Source: Candidatus Falkowbacteria bacterium (GTDB taxonomy: Bacteria > Patescibacteriota > Patescibacteriia > Patescibacteriales > UBA12465). Taken from it: 51,469 nucleotides of DNA. A program made the translations under genes and the position numbers. The stretch lies in NCBI GenBank assembly GCA_037132255.1, contig JBAXPN010000006.1, forward strand, positions 1 to 51,469. Direction: 5' to 3'. The notes under the pieces are model-generated. The model was not told the DNA's origin. It saw nothing but the letters and a program-made list of their open reading frames with translations, and did no database searches. Below are positions 10,250-17,986 of this stretch, piece by piece. How positions within the stretch are numbered: position 1 is the stretch's first letter; every line of letters begins with the position of its first letter.

Positions 10250-10969
10250 TTATAATAAATTAGTATAATAATCACTCACATCCTCGTTATCATCGAGAGT
10301 TTCCATAAACTTTTCTAATTTTTCTTTGTCATCGGCTGGCGCTTCCATTTTTTCTCCGGCAACGTACTCAATATCGGCCGACTCAATCTTTAATTTTTTA
10401 GTTTCTAAAAACTCTTTCGTTTTTTGCAAATCTTTCATTTCTGTATAAATCGTAATCCCCTCTTCTTCGCTCGCGAAATCTTTAATATTTTGATCAATTA
10501 ATTCTAATTCTAAATCTTCACTACTAAGTTTTTGTGCTTTTATCTCGCTGGTCGCAATCCGAATAACTCCGAGCTGAGAAAAATTCCACATTACCGCGCC
10601 GAATGCGCCCCCGTTTTTGGTGAATAAATGACGAACGGTTGAGCCGCTACGATTTTTATTATCAGTTAAACATTTAACAACTACTTGGATACCGTGAGGC
10701 AAAAGACCCTCATAAAACAATTCTTCAACAATCGCACCGCCTAATTCGCCAGTTCCCTTTTTTATCGCGCGTTCAATATTGTCTTTTGGCATACTCGCAT
10801 CACGTGCCCGATCAACGGCCGCTCGAAGCGATGGGTTACTATTAGGATCGCCCCCTTTACGGGCGGCAATCGTTATAATATTGGCTAGTTTTGTAAAAAC
10901 TGCTCCGCGTTTTGCATCAACTAATTCTTTCTGGCGATGAGTTGTCGCCCATTTTGAGTGTCCAGACAT
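10250..10969 (-). CDS. yebC: YebC/PmpR family protein
   Basis: MSGHSKW, NIERAIKKG and TDNKNR; adjacent to ruvC. Confidence 0.96.
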   Translation of the reverse strand: MSGHSKWATTHRQKELVDAKRGAVFTKLANIITIAARKGGDPNSNPSLRAAVDRARDASMPKDNIERAIKKGTGELGGAIVEELFYEGLLPHGIQVVVKCLTDNKNRSGSTVRHLFTKNGGAFGAVMWNFSQLGVIRIATSEIKAQKLSSEDLELELIDQNIKDFASEEEGITIYTEMKDLQKTKEFLETKKLKIESADIEYVAGEKMEAPADDKEKLEKFMETLDDNEDVSDYYTNLL

Positions 10970-11067
10970 AAAATAAATTCGTTAATAATCATTTTTATCC
11001 TACCGCAAATTGAAATAAAAATCAAGATGAATTATAATAAAAACATATATAAAATAAGCGAAAAAAT

Positions 11068-11985
11068 ATGAATATCCTTAAATTGCCAAATCTAAACGAA
11101 ACTGTGCTCTCGGCGCTCGATTTCTTTGTAAGAAATAATCCGCACCATTTAAATCTTAAGCTCTTTACTCTACCGATAGTTGTCGGGAGCGGTAACGCCT
11201 TTAATACTGCTCAAATTATTTTTTCCGGTCGCCCGGCGATTATCGCCAATGAAAGTAATTTTAAAACAATCCTAAGCGGATACAAAAAATTAATTAGTAA
11301 TAAAACCATTAGCCAGGCAATTATTATTTCCGCCTCAGGCGAGAAAGATTCTATTTGGGAAATAAAATTAGCAAAAAAAAGTAAATTAAAGACTATTCTC
11401 CTAACATGCAGCCCTGACTCGAGCGCAGCCAAATTAGCAGATCAAGTTATCACCTATAAAAAACTCCCCGAACCATATACTTACAATGTCTCAACTTATT
11501 TAGGAATAATTCTCTCCGCTGGTCGAGAAGAAGCACGCGGAATTAAGGAATTTATTAACAAAATCAAATTACCGGCAAATTTTAGAAATTTCAGCTCCTT
11601 CTCTTTTATTCTGCCTGATGAGTTTGGTGCTATTTCTCCAATGCTTGAGATCAAACGTAATGAATTGTTCGGTCCCTATATTTCCCTGCGCGCTTTTAGT
11701 TTCGGTGAAGCCCGTCATGCTAAGTTTGTTAATAACTCGGACAAAGAATTAGTTATTAGTTTCGGGGAAAACAAATATTTTGGCCTTAAAAAAAATCGCT
11801 GGGAAATTAAAACTCCTCGTAATGCCGGCAATAGCTTTATTATGGCTCTATCATATTATTTAATCGGCAAAATCCAAGAGTCAAAAACACCATATTTTAA
11901 GAAAAACCTAGCTAATTTCTGCCAGGAGGGACCACTCGCCTACGGAAGCAAGAAGCCCTTTGATATGATTGTCCCAGGAAATTAG
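11068..11985 (+). CDS. SIS-domain (sugar isomerase) protein
   Basis: VGSGNA and IISASGE resemble SIS phosphosugar-binding loops; GEARHA resembles the GlmS C-terminal GE.kHG motif. Confidence 0.55.
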   Translation: MNILKLPNLNETVLSALDFFVRNNPHHLNLKLFTLPIVVGSGNAFNTAQIIFSGRPAIIANESNFKTILSGYKKLISNKTISQAIIISASGEKDSIWEIKLAKKSKLKTILLTCSPDSSAAKLADQVITYKKLPEPYTYNVSTYLGIILSAGREEARGIKEFINKIKLPANFRNFSSFSFILPDEFGAISPMLEIKRNELFGPYISLRAFSFGEARHAKFVNNSDKELVISFGENKYFGLKKNRWEIKTPRNAGNSFIMALSYYLIGKIQESKTPYFKKNLANFCQEGPLAYGSKKPFDMIVPGN

Positions 11986-12015
11986 ATTAATATTAGCTAA
12001 ATAAACGTAAACCAT

Positions 12016-12041
12016 AAAAGCCCTTAAAACAAAGGGCTTTT
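12016..12041. terminator. Intrinsic terminator
   Basis: AAAAGCCCTT/AAGGGCTTTT inverted repeat. Confidence 0.7.
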
Positions 12042-12172
12042 ATTATTGACAAAAATAGCAATATCGTGCTATATTATAAGGTTCTTGAGGCGAAAAGGCA
12101 GTAAATGCCTCGTAGTTAATTCTTGAGAACTCCTTACCCAGGGAATGGGCAGAACGTTAAAAATTTAAAAAC

Positions 12173-13600
12173 GTGAAAACAAATCTCAAAAAATGGATTG
12201 CTGGAGCAACTACTCTTGGCATTATTGTCGCTGCAATTATTGGCGGCGAAGCATTAGTAAATGCTATTGTTCTCAACTGGCCAGAAATATTTGGCTGGTT
12301 AACCACTGTTTCTGTTTTTGTCGCCTGTGTCTGCGTCACTGTATTTATTGTTGGTTATTTTTTCTTCTTAACATCCAGGATAAACCGCCACCAGAGAGGC
12401 TTTGCGCGCCTAGTAAAAAAGCTCACTTGGAAAACCGCTATTTTCTTTGAGCGCTGCAAATTATCAAACAAAGATATGGCAAAAATAAGTAAAGTGCTTT
12501 TCATAATAGCCATACTAGTTTTTGCAGTTAACACTTTCCCTCTTTTTAACCATTTTGATTTATTAAGACTTTGGCTAATAATTGTCGGTGGGGTCTTAAT
12601 TTCTGCACTCATTATTTTGCTTGTCGTGGGCGTAGAAAATGATGTTATTAAGAACACGGCCGTTGCAGTAATCACCTTTTCTGCTCTCCTACTAGGCCTT
12701 ATGTACTACCTTGATATTTTCATCTTTTCCTGGAACAGGCCCTGGATAACTGGCGTTGTAGCTATACTGCTGACGTTGTTTCTCACGACTAAACTAATCA
12801 GAGAAAGAAGAAGGGCTCGCAAAGAGAAACTTGAACAAGCACAATATAATGCCAAAACCGCTGCCGATGAAATAGTAAAAATGAAGAATAGATTAGAAGC
12901 TAAATCGAAACTGGAAATGCGCCTATCTTCACTATCCTTCTACGATTTGGTAATTTACTACTTCAATGAAAAGAAGGAAAACGAATTAATCTACTGGGAT
13001 GACATTGTAAGTATTTACATTGAGGCCATGAGAGCGCTTATCAATGACAACACAGGAAAGCTTGAAGCAAGCGCCGACCAAAAAAAACAAATTGCCCGGT
13101 TTCTGTCTCAAAAAAAATCTGACAAATCAAGTAAATTCTACAAGGTGATAGCTGCTGTATTCTCAGAGTCAGACGGCGAAGCTGTTTTGTTCTCAAATGT
13201 TGACGGAGCGACTACTAGAGTCGTACCGGAGGCATTTGCGCAATGCGCCCTAAAGAAAGAAGTTGTCGCTAGCTTCCTCTCTCAAGAATTCGATGAGAAA
13301 TATAAAAGGCTTCTATATAACAAAGTTAAACGTGAATTCGCACATAATGAATTTTACGGCCTTATAAACGCGCTCATCTACTCATACCAAAAAACCTGGG
13401 ACGAAGAGTTGTCCGCAAAAATTCTGGATCGCATTAATGAAATTTTTATCTTTGCAAATGACTGCCTTAATTCTATGTGGCAAAAAAGCAACCGCACTTC
13501 ACTCCGGAAACACATGGAGGCAATTCATGGAAACTGCCTATTAAGCGGAGTCCACGTCTCACTGCCATTAATAAACCAGGAAAAGGAAGAAGAACTCTGA
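12173..13600 (+). CDS. Hypothetical membrane protein (about 6 TM helices plus soluble helical C-domain)
   Basis: 475-aa ORF with hydrophobic N-half; own promoter (TTGACA at 12046) and downstream terminator. Confidence 0.7.
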   Translation: MKTNLKKWIAGATTLGIIVAAIIGGEALVNAIVLNWPEIFGWLTTVSVFVACVCVTVFIVGYFFFLTSRINRHQRGFARLVKKLTWKTAIFFERCKLSNKDMAKISKVLFIIAILVFAVNTFPLFNHFDLLRLWLIIVGGVLISALIILLVVGVENDVIKNTAVAVITFSALLLGLMYYLDIFIFSWNRPWITGVVAILLTLFLTTKLIRERRRARKEKLEQAQYNAKTAADEIVKMKNRLEAKSKLEMRLSSLSFYDLVIYYFNEKKENELIYWDDIVSIYIEAMRALINDNTGKLEASADQKKQIARFLSQKKSDKSSKFYKVIAAVFSESDGEAVLFSNVDGATTRVVPEAFAQCALKKEVVASFLSQEFDEKYKRLLYNKVKREFAHNEFYGLINALIYSYQKTWDEELSAKILDRINEIFIFANDCLNSMWQKSNRTSLRKHMEAIHGNCLLSGVHVSLPLINQEKEEEL

Positions 13601-13642
13601 ATTGAACTATAGACTAAAAACAAATCACACTCTTGACAACAA

Positions 13643-13671
13643 AAGCCTCGCAGCTAATGCGAGGCTCTTTT
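13643..13671. terminator. Bidirectional intrinsic terminator
   Basis: AGCCTCGCA/TGCGAGGCT hairpin between convergent genes. Confidence 0.75.
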
Positions 13672-13693
13672 ATTTTCTAAATATATTCACTTC

Positions 13694-14443
13694 TTATTTC
13701 TTTTTCTTTTCTACTTTTCCTTGATTCTCAACTTTTGTAATCGCCGCTTTTATTTTTTTAGCATCAGCTAAATAATAATGTTTTATTGGTTTTAATTTTT
13801 CGTTCAGCTCATAAACCAAGGGAATGCCGGTTGGAATATTTAGGCTAGCTATTTCCTTCTCGGGCACTTTGTCTAAGTATTTTACAATAGCACGAAGACT
13901 ATTGCCGCTCGCAACAATAATAATTTTTTTGCCCGCTTTAATTTCTGGAACGATTTCGGTTCGCCAAAAAGGCAGAACACGAGCGACCACATCTTTAAGG
14001 CTCTCTGCCTCAGGAACTTTAATCCCCTTATACATTGGATCACCCTTCTGATTATATTTATTATGACTATCAATTTTTGGCGGACGAACGCTATAGCTTC
14101 GTCGCCAAATTAATATTTGTTTCTCGCCAAACTTTTCGGCCATTTCTTTTTTATTAAGCCCCTGTAAATTACCATAATGGCGCTCATTAAGACGCCAATC
14201 AACTATAACCGGAGTTTTGGCCGGTTTAAGCTCACGCAAAACTATATTTAAAGTTCGCGCCGCGCGTATTAATAAAGACGTATAGGCTAAATCAAATTTT
14301 AAGCCTCTTTTTTTAAATTCCTGGCCAGCTTCCTCTGCCTCACGAACGCCATTCGCCGTCAAATTAACGTTTGTCCAACCCGTAAATAAGCCTTTTTTAT
14401 TCCAAGTACTTTCACCGTGACGCAATAAGATAATTTTATACAT
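13694..14443 (-). CDS. gpmA: 2,3-bisphosphoglycerate-dependent phosphoglycerate mutase
   Basis: LRHGES, FTGW, LNERHYG, WRRSY, GNSLRA and IPTGIP. Confidence 0.95.
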   Translation of the reverse strand: MYKIILLRHGESTWNKKGLFTGWTNVNLTANGVREAEEAGQEFKKRGLKFDLAYTSLLIRAARTLNIVLRELKPAKTPVIVDWRLNERHYGNLQGLNKKEMAEKFGEKQILIWRRSYSVRPPKIDSHNKYNQKGDPMYKGIKVPEAESLKDVVARVLPFWRTEIVPEIKAGKKIIIVASGNSLRAIVKYLDKVPEKEIASLNIPTGIPLVYELNEKLKPIKHYYLADAKKIKAAITKVENQGKVEKKKK

Positions 14444-14628
14444 AAATAGAAACAAATATTCTTAGTTTTTATATTATATCATAAATTGACTATAAAAGTT
14501 CAAAAATGATAGTATACTTATGTGCTTAAAATAATCATATCAATAAGCCAAAACCAAGACAATTCAAAAAAATAGCAGTAGAAACTGGCTTAATCACAAT
14601 TAAGGCCACTTTTTTATTAAAAAAGCTA

Positions 14629-15918
14629 TTGTCTCATCCTATCCGGTTTATCGCCGGTTTTTTTCGTTGGACTTTCAAATTTCTTTTTTATAAAATATTA
14701 GTCAAAATATATTATCAACTTTTTCGTTGGCGTAAATCTGGTTTAATAAAAAACTCTCCGCTTGAACTTCTTAAAAAGCAGTCCGTTTATTTTTTTATCT
14801 TTGCGCTTGTATTTTTAATTCTTTTCTCTAATCTAACCAATAAAGACCGGGCCGGCGCTATGGAAACAAAAATACCAAAAACCGTCATGTCCAATTTAGT
14901 TAAGAATGAATTTAGCACAACCCAAGACGAAGAGTTAATTGAAGAAACTTTAACACCGAATGATATTTTAACAGCCGGCAAAGATAAATATATTGATAAT
15001 TCTTGTGCTTTGCAAAAACAACCAAGCTTAGATACAAGCGAAGAATATATTGAATCTAACACTCTCTCATTTAATGAAAGCAGCGATTTAGTTTTTAAAC
15101 CGCAACTTCTTACTGAGGGATCGGGCGCTGACAGTGAGTCGGCGGCCGTGAGAAAAGAAATTATTTATTATACAGTTCAAAGCGGTGATACCATCTCAAC
15201 TATTGCGCGCCGTTTCGGCCTAACCGTTAATACTATCCTATGGGCGAATAATTTAACTTCGTTCAGTTTAATACGTCCTGGCGATCGCTTGGCCGTTCTA
15301 CCTTATAGCGGTGTTCTCTATACTGTTAAGAAGGGTGATACTTTAGCAAAAATTGCGCAAACATATGATATAGAGTTGGAAAAAATATTAAGTTGTAATA
15401 CACTTGGTAATAGTTTGGTCGTTGGACAAAAAATTGTTGTCCCGGGGGCTAAGAAAATTAGCGATATCGTTGCCGTGCGAAAACCAAGCAGTAATTATAC
15501 CGGCATCTCAGTAATCAAAGATTTAATTAAAAATCCTGGAGTTAAGCCTACCGGAAATAAAATGACCTGGCCAACGGTTGGCACTCGCATAACTCAATAT
15601 TTCTCTTGGCGTCATAATGGAGTCGATATCGCTAATAAGATTGGCACACCGATTTATGCGGCTGATAGCGGTACAGTTATTATTGCTCAAGGTGGTTATA
15701 ACGGCGGTTATGGAAATACAATTGTCATTGATCACGGTGGCGGAAAAAGAACTCGTTATGGCCACGCCTCAAAATTATTTGTTAAAGTAGGAGATGAGGT
15801 TGAGAAGGGAGAAAACATTGCCGCCATGGGCTCAACCGGACGTTCAACTGGCCCACATCTTCATTTCGAGGTTTTGATTAATGGCGCTAGATACAATCCA
15901 TTAAATTATGTAAGATAA
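14629..15918 (+). CDS. Membrane-anchored 2xLysM + M23 endopeptidase
   Basis: YTVQSGDT and YTVKKGDT LysM repeats; HNGVD and TGPHLHF M23 motifs. Confidence 0.92.
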   Translation: MSHPIRFIAGFFRWTFKFLFYKILVKIYYQLFRWRKSGLIKNSPLELLKKQSVYFFIFALVFLILFSNLTNKDRAGAMETKIPKTVMSNLVKNEFSTTQDEELIEETLTPNDILTAGKDKYIDNSCALQKQPSLDTSEEYIESNTLSFNESSDLVFKPQLLTEGSGADSESAAVRKEIIYYTVQSGDTISTIARRFGLTVNTILWANNLTSFSLIRPGDRLAVLPYSGVLYTVKKGDTLAKIAQTYDIELEKILSCNTLGNSLVVGQKIVVPGAKKISDIVAVRKPSSNYTGISVIKDLIKNPGVKPTGNKMTWPTVGTRITQYFSWRHNGVDIANKIGTPIYAADSGTVIIAQGGYNGGYGNTIVIDHGGGKRTRYGHASKLFVKVGDEVEKGENIAAMGSTGRSTGPHLHFEVLINGARYNPLNYVR

Positions 15919-15924
15919 AAAAAT

Positions 15925-16191
15925 ATGGGACACGTTATTTTAGGAATTATTATCACGGCCGCCGCAGTCGGCATGATACTTAAGACCGAATGGTTAATAA
16001 ATAATTTCGGACGTATCGCCTGGTTCGAAGATAAGCTTGGTTCTGAGGGCGGAACAAGGCTTGGCTACAAGCTAATCGGCATAGTCGTATTATTTGTCGG
16101 TATTGTAGTTATGACCGGCAGCGGCCCCGAATTTATGCGCTGGTTAGTCAGCCCACTCGTCAATTCTAGCCAAGGCCCTTCACAAAATTAA
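15925..16191 (+). CDS. Small 2-TM membrane protein
   Basis: 88-aa ORF starting 6 nt after the M23 gene; two hydrophobic segments. Confidence 0.75.
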   Translation: MGHVILGIIITAAAVGMILKTEWLINNFGRIAWFEDKLGSEGGTRLGYKLIGIVVLFVGIVVMTGSGPEFMRWLVSPLVNSSQGPSQN

Positions 16192-16238
16192 TAATCCTGT
16201 TTATAATCATAAAGTCATCTTTCTAAGGTGACTTGTCT

Positions 16239-16314
16239 GGGCCCTTAGCTCATCTGGTAGAGCACCTGCTTTGCAAGCAGGGGGTGGCAGGTTCGAGTCC
16301 TGTAGGGTCCACCA
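16239..16314 (+). tRNA. tRNA-Ala(TGC)
   Basis: Cloverleaf, G3:U70, anticodon loop TTTGCAA, encoded CCA. Confidence 0.97.
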
Positions 16315-16400
16315 AAAAAAAGATCTGACGAAAGTCAGGTTTTTTTATTTATATAAATAAAAAGCCCTGCTTTGCAGGGCTATAAAAATATCATTTAAAA

Positions 16401-17540
16401 TTACTGGGAAAAATTCTCCGGATTCAAATCTGGCTCAAAAATATTTATTGGCCGATTTGGCGGGATGCGCGAGAGAATTTCCATAAAGCTCATGCTTTTT
16501 AGCATGCCAATATCTTTAATGGTCGGATACTGGGCAAACTTAGCAATCTTTTTTGCCTCCTGATCAGTAAGAAGAGCCATGATAAGCAAGGGGTCATATA
16601 TTTGATTTCCTGGCCAATCACTGAGAAAATGATGGACTGAATTCAAATCTGTTACGGCCTGTTGTCTTGGGCCCTCATCATTTAGTTTGTAATATAAATT
16701 GGTGTAGGACCACTGGCGGATTAATTCGAATTTTTGCGCGACATCAGAATCAGCAAAAGAAACAAAACCTTTTTCACTGCTTTCTTTAATCAAGTAGTAA
16801 AGACAATTAAGCCAGCGCTCTCTTTGATTTTTTCCCAATGCAGCTACTTCAGCCGGAAGATTTCTTTCGCTTAAATAATTACAGCGAACTGCATCATTTA
16901 AATCAGAAAATGTATAGGCGATCTTATCGGCTAGCATAACGACATTATGTTCTTGCGGCAAATTTGCATTAACATGTAAACCGTTTTTACCCCGTGAATG
17001 ATGGAGTATTCCTTCGAGTGTTTCAAATGATAAATTGAGACCACGGCCGCCGCGTTCAATTTGCTGAGCAATTACAACACTCATTATTTCATGTTTAAAT
17101 GGTTGTCCAGCAATTTCGCTAATCACTTTTTCTCCCAGGTGCCCAAATGGCGAATGCCCAAGGTCGTGACCCAAGGCGCTAGCTTCAACTAAATAGGTAT
17201 TTAAACCCAGGATGCTCGAAATTTGCACTCCAAGAGCGGCGACCTCATCCGTATGAATTTTACGGTTTCGCAGGTGTTTATTCTCATAGTGGTCAACAAA
17301 GACTTGGGTTTTGTCAGCCAAACGACGCCATGTTTTGCTAAAACTAATTTTTATTCGATCCATCAAAAATGGGTCATGAACATTGAAGTAGGCGGAATCA
17401 TCATCTTCAACTCTAAGTTTCTCACGACCAACTTTATCATCATAAACGCGGAAATGTCGGCGGCCACGAGTAGAGTTAGATTGAAAAGCTTTCGTTGCCA
17501 GCGAATTGATAAAGGGGCGAAAATCGAATTTTGTCTTCAT
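16401..17540 (-). CDS. dgt: HD-domain dNTP triphosphohydrolase (dGTPase family)
   Basis: RRLADKTQVF, RNRKIH, GHDLGHSPFGH and ADKIAY..SDL.D. Confidence 0.9.
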   Translation of the reverse strand: MKTKFDFRPFINSLATKAFQSNSTRGRRHFRVYDDKVGREKLRVEDDDSAYFNVHDPFLMDRIKISFSKTWRRLADKTQVFVDHYENKHLRNRKIHTDEVAALGVQISSILGLNTYLVEASALGHDLGHSPFGHLGEKVISEIAGQPFKHEIMSVVIAQQIERGGRGLNLSFETLEGILHHSRGKNGLHVNANLPQEHNVVMLADKIAYTFSDLNDAVRCNYLSERNLPAEVAALGKNQRERWLNCLYYLIKESSEKGFVSFADSDVAQKFELIRQWSYTNLYYKLNDEGPRQQAVTDLNSVHHFLSDWPGNQIYDPLLIMALLTDQEAKKIAKFAQYPTIKDIGMLKSMSFMEILSRIPPNRPINIFEPDLNPENFSQ

Positions 17541-17633
17541 GGTATGGTGGATTTTTTGTTTATTTTAAAGTTCGAAATTATATTTAGATAATTAAGACAT
17601 TGTAGTATAAATACCCAAATTGTCAAATACAAA

Positions 17634-17662
17634 TTGACAGCCCACGCTAAATTTTATAGAAT
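17634..17662 (+). promoter_or_regulatory. Sigma70-type promoter
   Basis: TTGACA(17634-39)-17 nt-TAGAAT(17657-62). A divergent TTGACA-16-TACAAT for dgt lies at 17626-17599. Confidence 0.75.
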
Positions 17663-17721
17663 ATATAAAGAAGATAATTAACTAGCATACAATAACTTAA
17701 CCTGTGTGTTAACTGGAGCTT

Positions 17722-17865
17722 GCCTACCAAGATAGCGATCACATTTGATCTATATCTACTCTCTCTCGTTCTAACGATTTATTTTCTCACAGTTCTTTGT
17801 AATCTAATTACTCTGCATCTCTAGCCTATCAAGACAATGGTCACATTTGACCTATGTCTACTCTC
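17722..17865 (+). repeat. Two 42-nt imperfect direct repeats (17722-17763 and 17824-17865)
   Basis: 35/42 identical by manual alignment; each contains an interrupted palindrome centred on CATT. Confidence 0.92.
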
Positions 17866-17914
17866 AATTTCTATTGTTCCGTTTGTGCTCTTTTTAACAC
17901 TCATTTTCGCTCAC

Positions 17915-17952
17915 AACGCTCCAGCTACCATCAGTTGGAGCGTTTTTCTTTT
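17915..17952 (+). terminator. Intrinsic terminator
   Basis: AACGCTCCAGCT-ACCATC-AGTTGGAGCGTT followed by a T-rich run. Confidence 0.8.
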
Positions 17953-17986
17953 TGCCCCTTATGGGTAAAGATGGTAAAATTAAGCC

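Larger units (their letters stand above)
17669..17952 (+). ncRNA. Candidate novel structured ncRNA with two covarying hairpin repeats
   Basis: Own promoter, no substantial ORF, two 42-nt repeats, strong terminator at 17915-17952. Confidence 0.6.

Noticed and set aside
13598-13600. Alternative genetic code (TGA=Gly, code 25)
   Set aside because: Long core genes translate fully under code 11, and TGA ends ORFs just before terminators (13600, 43452).
16361-16383. CCTGCTTTGCA shared with the tRNA-Ala anticodon arm, as a possible att remnant
   Set aside because: Only 11 bp, part of a terminator hairpin, and no integrase nearby.
17722-17865. CRISPR array interpretation of the 42-nt repeats
   Set aside because: Only two divergent units, a 60-nt pyrimidine-rich spacer and no cas genes in the window.
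17722-17905. Peptide-coding reading of the repeats (AYQDSDHI*/AYQDNGHI* on plus; a 27-aa ORF on minus)
   Set aside because: No plausible starts on plus, only one repeat lies in an ORF on minus, and base-pair compensation explains the substitutions better.
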